Positions 35,134-45,134 of a DNA stretch of 64,000 nt are shown piece by piece. The stretch lies in the NCBI GenBank assembly GCA_963804085.1, contig CAWDOQ010000010.1:1-64000 (forward strand), written 5' to 3'. The translations under genes and the position numbers were made by a program. Every line of letters starts with the position of its first letter. Position 1 is the stretch's first letter. The notes under the pieces are model-generated. The model was not told the DNA's origin. It saw only the letters and a list, made by a program, of their open reading frames with translations, and did no database searches. Source of the stretch: Chlamydiia bacterium (GTDB lineage: Bacteria > Chlamydiota > Chlamydiia > Chlamydiales > Rhabdochlamydiaceae).

Positions 35134-35601
35134 ATGCCTAAGATTTTAAGCCCCGGAGCCAAAGCCCCCGACTTTTCCTTGAATGTCACGCCAGATCAAA
35201 CAGTGTCCCTGAGCGATTTTCAAGGCAAACCATTGATTATCATCTTTTACCCTGCAGATTGGAGTCCCGTCTGTAGCGATGAAATGGTGGTCTTTAACGA
35301 ACTCTTGCCGGAATTTCGCAAACATCAAGCAGAGTTAGTTGGAATTTCTGTTGATGGTCACTGGTGTCATACAGCTTTTTCTCAACATAATCGCTTCCAC
35401 TTCCCTCTGCTTGCTGACTTTGAACCAAAGGGTGGTGTCGCCAAAAAATATGGGGCTTATAGAGAGCGCGAAGGCGTTTGTGAGCGCGCAATTTTTTTGG
35501 TGGATAAGGGTGGCACGATTGCTTGGAGCTATTTATCTCCTGTAGGCGAAAACCCAGGTGCAGATGGTGTGTTGGAAGCATTAGAACGTCTGTCCAAATA
35601 G
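35134..35601 (+). CDS. AhpC/TSA-family peroxiredoxin
   Basis: APDFSL, FYPADWSPVC, FPLLADFEPKG. Confidence 0.85.
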   Translation: MPKILSPGAKAPDFSLNVTPDQTVSLSDFQGKPLIIIFYPADWSPVCSDEMVVFNELLPEFRKHQAELVGISVDGHWCHTAFSQHNRFHFPLLADFEPKGGVAKKYGAYREREGVCERAIFLVDKGGTIAWSYLSPVGENPGADGVLEALERLSK

Positions 35602-35634
35602 TTTGGCGCAAAAAGGAAAATCGCAAGAGGTCTA

Positions 35635-36159
35635 ATGGCTACATTAAAAGTTCCTGTTTCTTTAAGTGATCATATTCAAGGGGTGGACAAACCCTCCATT
35701 GTGCTTGTGGAATATGGCGATTTTCAATGTCCCTATTGTGGCATGGCTTATCCCGTAGTGAAAATGCTTCAAAAGCATTATGAGAAACAGCTCGCTTTTG
35801 TCTTTCGCAATTTTCCTTTGAGTCAAATCCATCCTCTTGCGGAACCCGCTGCAGAAGCTGCTGAATTTGCGGCCGTTCAGGACAGCTTTTGGCAGATGCA
35901 CGACCTGCTCTTTGAGAATCAAGCCCAGCTCAGCCTCCCCTTTTTACTTGAGCTGGGCAAAAAAGCAGGACTTCCACCTGAGGCTCTTGAACCTGCTATC
36001 AGCAATAAAAAGTACGAGCAGAAAATTAAAGAGGATTTTCTCGGCGGCGTCCGCAGTGGCGTTAATGGAACCCCCACATTTTTTATTAATAACCAGCGCT
36101 ATGATGGACGGGTGCGTTTCGAAGAGCTTGTCTCAAGTATCGATGCGCTCTTATCCTAG
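35635..36159 (+). CDS. DsbA-like thioredoxin-fold protein
   Basis: EYGDFQCPYC, FRNFPL, GVNGTPTFFIN. Confidence 0.9.
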   Translation: MATLKVPVSLSDHIQGVDKPSIVLVEYGDFQCPYCGMAYPVVKMLQKHYEKQLAFVFRNFPLSQIHPLAEPAAEAAEFAAVQDSFWQMHDLLFENQAQLSLPFLLELGKKAGLPPEALEPAISNKKYEQKIKEDFLGGVRSGVNGTPTFFINNQRYDGRVRFEELVSSIDALLS

Positions 36160-36782
36160 AAGGAGTAGCCTAAGCCGCCGCCAAAGGAAAAACCACTGAC
36201 CTGGACCCTTCCGCTCTCAGTTCCTGCCAGATGGCTATGGAAAGAGAGCTTCTTGTAGGCGTACTCTCCAAAGAGATCCACGGTGCAATGCTCTCCCAGG
36301 AGAAATAGAAAACCTGTATTGGTAAACAGACCACATCCATTTGCGTGCATTCTTCTGGGAACATAGGAGGAGTGGTTATGGACACGGACAAAAAAGTAGC
36401 GTGGCCCAAAGGTGAAGTAGTATGCGATATGCTTTGTTACTGGAAAAACGGGCCGCAGGCCTAAGCTTAACGGGAACGCCCAGATGCTTGTTCTCTCATG
36501 CGAATTGAGCGAATGGCCTGATTTTTGCCAATACTCTACGCTGCCGTAAACGTGTAAGAACTTATAGATGGGGATAGATCCAGAGAGTTGCAAATCCAAT
36601 CCACCTTGATCGTAAACACGCCGCATCTCGTGACTTGTAAAAAAGAAATATCCCGCCTTTGCCTCTAATAACGCGTGCTGCTTAATTGCACTGCAAGTCT
36701 CGGGTTCTGGCTGATCGCAAAAGAGATTTGGCATCAGACTACCGAGCGCACAAACGAGGGTCACCGCCATGTTTTTTTTCAT
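36156..36782 (-). CDS. Small outer-membrane beta-barrel protein
   Basis: Signal peptide; alternating aromatic strands; terminal GLGYSF. Confidence 0.7.
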   Translation of the reverse strand: MKKNMAVTLVCALGSLMPNLFCDQPEPETCSAIKQHALLEAKAGYFFFTSHEMRRVYDQGGLDLQLSGSIPIYKFLHVYGSVEYWQKSGHSLNSHERTSIWAFPLSLGLRPVFPVTKHIAYYFTFGPRYFFVRVHNHSSYVPRRMHANGCGLFTNTGFLFLLGEHCTVDLFGEYAYKKLSFHSHLAGTESGRVQVSGFSFGGGLGYSF

Positions 36783-36783
36783 A

Positions 36784-38265
36784 TTATTTTCCTACGCTCA
36801 CTGTAGCTGGAGAGCTCGTGAATTGACCATTTACGGCAACGAGTGCATATGTTTGGCTCTGACTTGACTGATTATGGTCTTCATAAGATGAGGCATTACC
36901 ATCCAATATCGCGATCAAGACACCATTGCAGTGGAGATTATAACCGGTAACCGCGCTACTCGGCTCCCAAGAAAGAGTATTGTATAATTCGCTAACAACA
37001 CCAAAATTATTGATCTTTTGTTTTCCTTGTAAGCCAGTGGGAGTAGAGACCGGTAATGATGTAGTAAATGGTTGCGTAGCCGTTCCAGTATTGCCTAAGG
37101 AGTCTGTGATTGTAACTTGAACATAAAAGGTGCCCACTGATGTATAGGTATGGGAAGCTGGATTCCCCGCGCCTGTTCCTCCATCGCCAAAATTCCAGAC
37201 GTATGTGTAAGGACCTGTGCCCCCTGTGGGAGTCGCATCAAAAGAAACAGGCTCACTCACATTTCCAGATGAAGGCGAAAAGGAGACTGGAAGAGAAGAG
37301 ATCGCCACTCCGAAGGGAAAAGATTGAACACTAATATCAGTACTGATTACGTCTCCTTCGACCAATGAAACATTGTTACCGCCCTCATTAACTACATAAG
37401 CAGATACCCCATCGGGTGTAAACGCGATTCCAAGAGGGTGACTAAAGCCTGTAATTGTAGAATCGAATGTCAATGTTTGCGCATTGATCTTAGAGAGACT
37501 ATCACTGTTGTTATTAGTTACATAAGCAAACTGTCCATCTGGGGTAACTGCTACTCCTAATGGACTAACTCCGACACCGATTGTAGTGACCTGTTTTGTA
37601 CTTGTATTGATCGCTGAGACAGAGTCACCAGTTTGATTAGTCACAAAGACATACTGCCCGTTGGGTGTAACCGCTACTGCACTGGGAGCTGCACCGACAG
37701 TGATAACGTCTGTCACCATGAGAGACTGCGTATCGATCACATAGACTGTACTGCCGAGATTATTCGCTACATAGGCAAATTTCCCATCGGGGGTAATTGC
37801 AATCCCTGCAAGATCAGTCCCAGTTCCGACATTGATCGAGGTTGTTATCTCAAATGTATTTGTGTTAATCACATAGACTTGGTTAGAGCTCTGGCTAGTC
37901 ACATAGACAAACTCTCCATTAGGGGTAATCGCCACTCCATAAGGATCTGGAATGCCAGTGAGCGTTGTTACCTGCATAACTGAATTGATTCGAGCAACTG
38001 CATTGGCTCCCAACAATGCGACATAAGCATACGCTCCATCTGGCGTGACTGCAATCCCATAAGGTGAAGAACCTACGGTGACATTCACAACCGTTTCTGT
38101 GATTGTATCAATTATGGAGACAGTTCCCGAGTTTGCGTTAGTCACATAAGCTGTATTTGCAAAGGCTTGCCCACCGGGAAGGATAAGAAGCGCGCCAAAG
38201 AATGCGCCGGCAACTGCTAACCGTAACTTTTTCCAGAATCTATCAAAAGTCATAGAGTTTTCCAT
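36784..38265 (-). CDS. YVTN beta-propeller + PKD + FN3-like C-terminal domain surface protein
   Basis: P.G.AVTPDG..AYV repeats; PKD motif YVWNFGDG; C-terminus resembles that of the 6927 and 8660 proteins. Confidence 0.85.
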   Translation of the reverse strand: MENSMTFDRFWKKLRLAVAGAFFGALLILPGGQAFANTAYVTNANSGTVSIIDTITETVVNVTVGSSPYGIAVTPDGAYAYVALLGANAVARINSVMQVTTLTGIPDPYGVAITPNGEFVYVTSQSSNQVYVINTNTFEITTSINVGTGTDLAGIAITPDGKFAYVANNLGSTVYVIDTQSLMVTDVITVGAAPSAVAVTPNGQYVFVTNQTGDSVSAINTSTKQVTTIGVGVSPLGVAVTPDGQFAYVTNNNSDSLSKINAQTLTFDSTITGFSHPLGIAFTPDGVSAYVVNEGGNNVSLVEGDVISTDISVQSFPFGVAISSLPVSFSPSSGNVSEPVSFDATPTGGTGPYTYVWNFGDGGTGAGNPASHTYTSVGTFYVQVTITDSLGNTGTATQPFTTSLPVSTPTGLQGKQKINNFGVVSELYNTLSWEPSSAVTGYNLHCNGVLIAILDGNASSYEDHNQSSQSQTYALVAVNGQFTSSPATVSVGK

Positions 38266-38397
38266 TTTATATAGTACAAGCTACCCAAAACTCCCAAATC
38301 TCGAGCAACTTGTCAGGTTTTCTCATAATGCCATATTTCCGCACAAGCCCCTATCGAAGAATCTTTTTTGTAAAGCATTGTGCGCACCCACGCACAC

Positions 38398-39399
38398 TTA
38401 AAAATCAAAGCGCAGATCGACTGTGAGGCCTTGTAAGACCAGGTCGGAGTTCTGTGTGCCGGATGCATCGGAAAAGACTTGAAATTGATTGAGCCAGTCT
38501 TCGATCTCATAGCCGACTTTCAAGGCAAAATGAGAGCGTTTTTTATCAAAATTGAAATCCCAGCCAAGACCGAGCAATGCTTGGACCATAAATGATCCAA
38601 AGTTGCGATCTTTCATTGGGATAGTGTCTCTGGTCGAAAGGTTATCGGTATACACATCTCCAAGCGTCCAATGCCCCCACATGTAGGCCGTTGCGAAATT
38701 GCCGACTATGCTAAAAGCATGTCTACCTGCGTTTGCTAGAATCCACTTGCCGCTCACTCCACCTTTGGGCCCTCCTCCTCGGAAGTTGTTGTGCACATTC
38801 TCCGAAGCAAGCAGTAGATTGCCCAGCCCATCAAAATTCGGTTTTGTCCACTTAAGATGAATCGCCTGATTGATCCATCCCCCCTTTGCGCCAATGTATG
38901 GGCGCAGGGAGAGAAATTTACTGACAAAAAAACTTCTGCCTAAATCCCAATCAAACATGTTGTAAAGAAGGTGGAGACGGATTTTTCCGGTTTGAAAAGG
39001 TTCTAATAGAGAAAGCCTAGCAGCAAGAAACCCTGAGGTGATGGCACCGCTGGCATCATCAGTGATATCTGTTTTGAACCAGGTGTAATAGAATCGCGTG
39101 TCCCACTGGTCGTGGTGCATGTTGTAACCGAGGCCTACCCGAAAACCGGGATCCCAACCAAAAGAGAGGGTTTTGAAAGTGTCTCGTTCAGAATTTTGAT
39201 TCGTAGATAGCGTAAATGCCCAGTCAACCGTTTCGCTCGCATGCCAATAGAGAGCGTCTGCAAAAACGGCGATTGTTTTATCTTGCGCCTCTGGACGGTC
39301 GGAGAGATTTGCAAGTCCACTATCCCCCTTGTTGGCATAGAGCTTTGCCCCTACCATCACAAGAAGAAGAACTACTGCTCTTAGTAAAATACTCATCAT
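38398..39399 (-). CDS. MOMP-like (Lpg1974-family) porin
   Basis: WDPGFRVGLGY, NMFDWDLGR, LRPYIGAKGGWINQ, terminal RFDF. Confidence 0.82.
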   Translation of the reverse strand: MMSILLRAVVLLLVMVGAKLYANKGDSGLANLSDRPEAQDKTIAVFADALYWHASETVDWAFTLSTNQNSERDTFKTLSFGWDPGFRVGLGYNMHHDQWDTRFYYTWFKTDITDDASGAITSGFLAARLSLLEPFQTGKIRLHLLYNMFDWDLGRSFFVSKFLSLRPYIGAKGGWINQAIHLKWTKPNFDGLGNLLLASENVHNNFRGGGPKGGVSGKWILANAGRHAFSIVGNFATAYMWGHWTLGDVYTDNLSTRDTIPMKDRNFGSFMVQALLGLGWDFNFDKKRSHFALKVGYEIEDWLNQFQVFSDASGTQNSDLVLQGLTVDLRFDF

Positions 39400-39409
39400 T
39401 TTGAGACCA

Positions 39410-40489
39410 TTAAAAATCGAATCGACAATTGAAAGTCACTCCTTGGAGAGTTAAGTCTCCATGCAATCGTATCAGCTGGGATGTGGAAAGCCTGAGTTGA
39501 TTTATCCAAAGCTGCATTTCGTAACCGAGCCTTGTGGAAAAATGGGATCTCTCCCTATTAAAATCGACATCCCATCCCAAGCCCATAAATCCTCTTAACA
39601 TAAGTGCACCGAGTGTCGAGTTTCGCGTGTGCACAGATACTCTTTTTCCGGTTGTGTCGTTGTAAACATCCTTGCAAATCCAAGTTCCCCAGAGCGTTGC
39701 TGCGGAAAAATCTCCAAAAAAACTAGGGAAGTGTTTGCCAAAATTGCGGAGTTTCCACTTAGTGTTGACGCCGCCAACAGGCCCTACGCCCCAAAAATTA
39801 TTCTTCGCATGCTCTTTGCCAGAACTCGTTGTAGGAGCACTAGCAATAATTAAGTTGTTATAGCGCAGATGAATCGATTGATTGATCCATCCCCCCTTTA
39901 GGCCGATAAAAGGACGCAAAAGCAGCCCTTTGCTCACCCAGTAACTGCGGCCTAGCTCCCAATCAAACATGTTGAAAAGAAGAGCCCAGCGGATACGTGC
40001 GCGTTCGGCACTATTGTTAGACAAGGTCCCTGCAAAAAATTCAGGCCTAATTTGGGAAGTCACCAATACGGAACTCCCCACTGTAATAAACTCTGGAAAT
40101 ACGCGCTTGCTTTGATGCGCCTCCGTACGAAACCAGGTCCAGTAAAGCTGAGTGTCCCACTTGTCATATTCTAGATTGCGCCCGGCACCTAATCGAAAAC
40201 CAAAATCCCAATTAAAATCGAGATCCTGCGGCGCAAAAGAACCGGTATTGTTGAGGTTTATGTCAATGATGTCTGCCCAATCGGCCGAAGTTTGTTCAGA
40301 AGCAAACCAAGCAAAAGCGTCTGCAAAAAGATCCCAACTACCGGAGGTAGCTTTAGCGCGAGGTGAGATGTTGGGCAGGCCGCGCGTCTCCCCTTTTTTC
40401 GTCTGATCTAAACTTGTCGCTTGCGCTGCATTCATATGCGTTTGAAGCAGGAGCAGCACAGCTAAAGTAAAGGTTAGAAACTTTTTCAT
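39410..40489 (-). CDS. MOMP-like (Lpg1974-family) porin
   Basis: Same motifs as neighbours; terminal RFDF. Confidence 0.82.
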   Translation of the reverse strand: MKKFLTFTLAVLLLLQTHMNAAQATSLDQTKKGETRGLPNISPRAKATSGSWDLFADAFAWFASEQTSADWADIIDINLNNTGSFAPQDLDFNWDFGFRLGAGRNLEYDKWDTQLYWTWFRTEAHQSKRVFPEFITVGSSVLVTSQIRPEFFAGTLSNNSAERARIRWALLFNMFDWELGRSYWVSKGLLLRPFIGLKGGWINQSIHLRYNNLIIASAPTTSSGKEHAKNNFWGVGPVGGVNTKWKLRNFGKHFPSFFGDFSAATLWGTWICKDVYNDTTGKRVSVHTRNSTLGALMLRGFMGLGWDVDFNRERSHFSTRLGYEMQLWINQLRLSTSQLIRLHGDLTLQGVTFNCRFDF

Positions 40490-40511
40490 TTTCTAAGCAA
40501 CCGTCTCAAAG

Positions 40512-41555
40512 TTAAAAATCAAAGCGAAACTCAAGGGTTCCTCCCTGCAATGTGAGTGCATTATCCAGTCTTCCTGCGTCGAATGAGTAGAATTGGAGTT
40601 GATCTAACCAAAATTGCATCTCATATCCCGCTCTCGTAGAAAAATGATAGCGATCGCGGCTAAAATTCACATCCCATCCCAATCCAAGAAATGTCCGCAC
40701 CGTGAAAGCTGCGCTATTGATATGAGAGAGCTTCACGACCACTTCTTGCTGAATGTCATTTTTATAAACGTCCGCAAGCTTCCAGTGGCCCCACATGATC
40801 GCTCCGGAAAGATCTCCAAACAAATTGAACGAGTGGTCCCCTCGAACAGCCAAATCCCACTTTGTGTTGAGACCAAAGCTAGGACCAATACCCCAGAAAT
40901 TATTCTTCAGGTTTTCTCTTGCAGTATTAAAAAACTCAGCGCCCGATCGGTTCGGATTGTGCCATTTTGTATGAATCGATTGATGGATCCATCCCCCCTT
41001 AACACCTAGGAATGGGCGAAGAGAGAGAGCTTTACTTACCCGAAAATTTCTGCCCAGTTCCGCGTCAAACATATTGAAGCGGATTGTCCAGTGGATGTTT
41101 GCCTTCTGATACGCGATACCGGAGATTCCGGCACCAGTCGAATTATCGACATAAAAATTACCCTGAAACGCAGAAAAAACTGTGCCAGGAGTGCTGGAAA
41201 CCCGGTCGTGCCCCCGTGTGCGAAACCAGGTGTAATAGAATTGTGTGTCCCACCCATCATGCTTCATGCCATAAGCAAAACCGACACGAAAACCAGGATT
41301 CCAATCAAAGCGGACGTCGCGCACATCACAATGCTCGGTGCTGCCGCTTACGGTTATCACCTCCGCCCAATTTTCAGAGCCGCTCTCTTGAGCAGTCCAG
41401 ACGAGCAGATCACCAAAAAAACCATAGATGTTGGATGCAGCCAAAGGTCGTGCGGATGGATTACTAAAGCCTTCGCTAGTTTGCGTTTTCTGATCCGCAT
41501 GCAAGAGCAAACAAACCATCATTAAAGCCACACCTAAAAAGAATCGCAGCAACAA
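40512..41555 (-). CDS. MOMP-like (Lpg1974-family) porin
   Basis: Same motifs as neighbours; terminal RFDF. Confidence 0.82.
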   Translation of the reverse strand: MLLRFFLGVALMMVCLLLHADQKTQTSEGFSNPSARPLAASNIYGFFGDLLVWTAQESGSENWAEVITVSGSTEHCDVRDVRFDWNPGFRVGFAYGMKHDGWDTQFYYTWFRTRGHDRVSSTPGTVFSAFQGNFYVDNSTGAGISGIAYQKANIHWTIRFNMFDAELGRNFRVSKALSLRPFLGVKGGWIHQSIHTKWHNPNRSGAEFFNTARENLKNNFWGIGPSFGLNTKWDLAVRGDHSFNLFGDLSGAIMWGHWKLADVYKNDIQQEVVVKLSHINSAAFTVRTFLGLGWDVNFSRDRYHFSTRAGYEMQFWLDQLQFYSFDAGRLDNALTLQGGTLEFRFDF

Positions 41556-41708
41556 AAGCTATCTCCCGATTTTAGATGAGGCATGTTCAAATAATTTCTC
41601 GATATTGTCAATCTTTTTAAGAAAGCCCTCACAAAATGCTTGTGGGCAAAAGAGTCTAGCAAGCATAACTGACGCGCACAAATCCAATATTGACATAAGG
41701 AAAAGCTG

Positions 41709-42203
41709 ATGAGCGCGCTATCGAGCAACGACCAAATACTCAAACTGCAAGCAGAATATCCAAAAACTGAACACTTCTATGAGAACGGACTTTCCGTTGC
41801 TTCCCCAAGTCATATCAACATCGACAGCTTTTTTGGCTCTTCCAGCGTGCTATTTCTTCGCGCAAATACAGACATTCATTGTGAAGCGCCCGTGTGCATT
41901 GCCGCTCCCTTAGTCACCCTGGTTGCAAAAAAAGCGATCCATTTGGGAGAAAAAGGCAGAGGCACTCATGCGCAACCCGGACGGCTTTTTGCTTCTAAGC
42001 AATTCTGTTTAGTCTCTCCCCATATCATCCTTGGTGATTTTATCTTTTTAGGGCTACCGAAAGCAGCTTCCATCGCATGCAAAAAACTGACGCTGATCCG
42101 GAGCAAGGAAGAAACCAAATCGCAAGCAAAAGAAGAGGCTTTTGAAGTAGTAAAAAGCTGGGTGATGGATGATGCTACAGAGATAGAAGTGGTCAAACAG
42201 TAA
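41709..42203 (+). CDS. Hypothetical protein
   Basis: 164-aa ORF filling the gap upstream of the ABC-F gene. Confidence 0.55.
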   Translation: MSALSSNDQILKLQAEYPKTEHFYENGLSVASPSHINIDSFFGSSSVLFLRANTDIHCEAPVCIAAPLVTLVAKKAIHLGEKGRGTHAQPGRLFASKQFCLVSPHIILGDFIFLGLPKAASIACKKLTLIRSKEETKSQAKEEAFEVVKSWVMDDATEIEVVKQ

Positions 42204-42227
42204 ACACATGCGTTAAGCTCGCTTCTT

Positions 42228-44027
42228 ATGTCTACATCTTTACTACTCAGCTGCCAGTCTCTTTCCAAATCGTTTGGCTCGCGCCCGCTTTTCGAGGATC
42301 TGTCGCTCAGCATTTTTTCTGAGGATCGTCTCGGACTGATCGGCCCCAATGGCGCTGGAAAATCCACTCTTTTGAAAATTCTAGCCGGCATTGAAAAAGC
42401 GGATACTGGCATTCTCTCCGCAAAGCGCGGGCTTAAGATCGGCTATGTGGCACAGTCTTGCGAGTTTCCAGATGTAGACCCCAAAACCGTTCTCATAGAA
42501 GCATTGAAGGATGACACCGAAAAAGCGGACTATGAAAAAGAGCACCTGGCTGAGATCTGGTTGAGTAAGCTGGGCTTCCAAGGCACCGAACCCTCTGCGG
42601 CCCGTCTTTCGGGCGGCTGGAAGAAAAGACTGAGCTTTGCCGAGCAGCTGATCAGATCCCCGGATCTCTTGCTTCTTGACGAACCCACAAACCATCTCGA
42701 TCTAGAAGGCATTCTCTGGTTAGAGAAGTTTCTACTCCGCGAAGTTACCGGCTATCTTCTGGTGAGCCACGATCGCTATTTTCTTCAAAATGTCACAAAC
42801 CGGATCATCGAGATCAATCCCGTTTATCCGGATGGACTACTGGCAATCGATGGCTCCTACAACCACTTTTTGGAGAAAAAAGAGGGATTCCTTTTAGGCC
42901 AGATCGAACAGGAGCGCTCGCTTGCTTCTAAAGCGCGTAAAGAGACCGAGTGGCTCAGACGCTCACCCAAAGCGCGTACCTCCAAGTCCAAATCCCGAGT
43001 AGAAGATGCGCATGAACTTTTAGAAGACCTCTCCGAAGTTCGAGGAAGGAATGTGCAAAAAAGAGCCGGCATCGATTTTGCAGCAAGCGAGCGAGAAACA
43101 AGAAAACTTCTCGTCGCAAAAAACCTTTCAAAAGAGATAAATGGCCGCACCCTCTTTAGCCATCTCGACTTCACCCTCTCTCCCGGAACACGCATCGGTC
43201 TCATGGGACCTAACGGATCCGGCAAAACCACACTTTTGCGCCTGATTTCAGGCGACATCTCTCCTGACGTTGGGACGATTAAGCGGGCCGATCCTCTGGC
43301 GATCGTCTATTTTGATCAGCATCGTGTACAGCTTCCGAACAACATCTCATTGCGTAAAGCGCTCTGCCCCCATGGCGATTATGTTCTTTTCCGCGGACAG
43401 TCGATTCACATCAACGGCTGGTGCAAGCGCTTTCTCTTTGCTCCCGAAATGCTCGAAATGCCCATCGGAATACTCTCCGGAGGAGAAAAAGCGCGGATTG
43501 CAATTGCCCATCTGATGCTCCAGCCGGCTGACCTACTTCTTCTGGATGAGCCTACAAACGATCTCGATATTCCGACTCTCGACACCCTCGAAGAGAGCCT
43601 TATGGATTTTCCGGGAGCAGTTGTCCTGATCACGCACGATCGCTGTATGCTCGATCGCACCTGCAATGCCCTGCTAGTTTTAGGAGATCCAGAAAATGTT
43701 CAGCTCTATCCCGACTACACCCAGTGGCAAGCCTCTCTCAAAGCAAGCAAGACTTCCGAAAAAGCCGAGTCCAAAGAGAAGAAAAAAGAGAGCACCCCTT
43801 CCAAGGGCAAATTGACCTATAAAGAGAAGCAAGAATATGACCAGATCGAAGCTAAAATCTCTCAGCTGGAAGAAGAGGTCAAACAGCTCAACCATCTACT
43901 AGCATCGGCAGAAATTGCAAAAGATCCACACCGCCTATCGGAAGTCTGCACAACCGTCAGCCTCGCCGAAGCCAAGATCGAACAGCTCTACCTGCGCTGG
44001 GACGAGCTTAACAAAAAGCTCTCTTGA
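42228..44027 (+). CDS. uup: ABC-F ATPase, Uup-like
   Basis: Two ABC cassettes (GPNGAGKST/LSGGW; GPNGSGKTT/LSGGE), WLRRSPKAR linker, C-terminal coiled coil. Confidence 0.85.
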   Translation: MSTSLLLSCQSLSKSFGSRPLFEDLSLSIFSEDRLGLIGPNGAGKSTLLKILAGIEKADTGILSAKRGLKIGYVAQSCEFPDVDPKTVLIEALKDDTEKADYEKEHLAEIWLSKLGFQGTEPSAARLSGGWKKRLSFAEQLIRSPDLLLLDEPTNHLDLEGILWLEKFLLREVTGYLLVSHDRYFLQNVTNRIIEINPVYPDGLLAIDGSYNHFLEKKEGFLLGQIEQERSLASKARKETEWLRRSPKARTSKSKSRVEDAHELLEDLSEVRGRNVQKRAGIDFAASERETRKLLVAKNLSKEINGRTLFSHLDFTLSPGTRIGLMGPNGSGKTTLLRLISGDISPDVGTIKRADPLAIVYFDQHRVQLPNNISLRKALCPHGDYVLFRGQSIHINGWCKRFLFAPEMLEMPIGILSGGEKARIAIAHLMLQPADLLLLDEPTNDLDIPTLDTLEESLMDFPGAVVLITHDRCMLDRTCNALLVLGDPENVQLYPDYTQWQASLKASKTSEKAESKEKKKESTPSKGKLTYKEKQEYDQIEAKISQLEEEVKQLNHLLASAEIAKDPHRLSEVCTTVSLAEAKIEQLYLRWDELNKKLS

Positions 44028-44702
44028 CTAGCGATGCCGGCCACCGCCACCATGGCCTGCGCCGCCATGACCTCCACCGCCTCCACCACGACCACCCCGA
44101 TTTCCGCCGTGCTCTTGACTTCCGCCCCCTTGGCGCCAGCTTCTTCCTGAGTGCTCGGACCAGTTTCTATTATCGCGGTACCGCCAGTTTGAATTGCCAC
44201 TGTGGGCATTCCAATGGTTTTGCCAGCGATTGTTCCAATCATGATTCCAGCAGCCCCTCCAATGCCTGTTCCAGCCATTGTATCTCACTCTTGAATAGCC
44301 ATATCCATTCCAATAGAGGCCATTGTAGCCGCACCAATATCCCCCTGCGAAGATGAAGCCCAGTGAAAATAGAGGAAAGAAGATCGAAGGGCATGCCGTA
44401 TCGCATCCATTCGACGTCACTTGTTGCGTGTTATTGATGATCACCACATTAGGATTGGGATGGTCCGCATCTTGAGGATAGTAGTTAGGATGATAGGTAT
44501 AGGTCTGTTCATGCAAATTCCCATCTGAATCTGTCACGATAGCATCGACCGACTGCGGCTGCGAATAGGCCTGCGGGCCTGGAATGGGAACCACTTGCTG
44601 CGCCGGCACATAGTCATCAGCCATCAAGCGTGTAGAAAGAGCGACACTTGCAAGAGTGAGTACCGTTGTCGCCTTATGCCAAAGACTAACTGCCTGCCCC
44701 AT
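44028..44702 (-). CDS. Exported hypothetical protein with Trp/Asn/Gly-rich low-complexity tail
   Basis: AGGAGG RBS before ATG 44702; hydrophobic leader; WNRHWRGCWNHDWNNRW..GGGRHR. Confidence 0.65.
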   Translation of the reverse strand: MGQAVSLWHKATTVLTLASVALSTRLMADDYVPAQQVVPIPGPQAYSQPQSVDAIVTDSDGNLHEQTYTYHPNYYPQDADHPNPNVVIINNTQQVTSNGCDTACPSIFFPLFSLGFIFAGGYWCGYNGLYWNGYGYSRVRYNGWNRHWRGCWNHDWNNRWQNHWNAHSGNSNWRYRDNRNWSEHSGRSWRQGGGSQEHGGNRGGRGGGGGGHGGAGHGGGGRHR

Positions 44703-44744
44703 ACATCTCCTCCTGCGTTTACCCTTAGATAGCAAAACAAAGGA

Positions 44745-45134
44745 TTAGATAGAAATTGTTTTGAGCCACTCCCTCATGAGCTTTTTGATCTGTGTTTGAT
44801 ATGGAATGCCTGACAACTGCGCTTTCTGCTTGAAAGCCTTAAGAAGAGCTGGCTCAATTTTCAGGCTAATCAACTGACTTTTTTCTTGGGTCTTCGAAAA
44901 GATCATTCGATAATTTTCTAGAAATTCAAGGATTTGACCTGGTGTCATTTTCTTGCATCGCTTCAGATACTCTTTTTGAGCATCTTTCGCTTTGCATGTA
45001 GCCGGTGGCTCGGGAATTTCGATCTTTTCGGACGTAAGCGTAAGCTTACCTTTTTTGTATGCGATGACATCTTCAAGGCCTGCTTTTAAGTCTTCAAAGA
45101 GTCTGCTTGCGCCTTTATCTTTTTTTGATCGCAT
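44745..45134 (-). CDS. Antitoxin-like hybrid protein (HigA-like N-terminus, CopG/BrnA-like C-terminus)
   Basis: SRLFEDLKAGLEDVIAYKKG then QLISLKIEPALLKAFK.KA...GIPYQTQIKKLMREW. Confidence 0.55.
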   Translation of the reverse strand: MRSKKDKGASRLFEDLKAGLEDVIAYKKGKLTLTSEKIEIPEPPATCKAKDAQKEYLKRCKKMTPGQILEFLENYRMIFSKTQEKSQLISLKIEPALLKAFKQKAQLSGIPYQTQIKKLMREWLKTISI

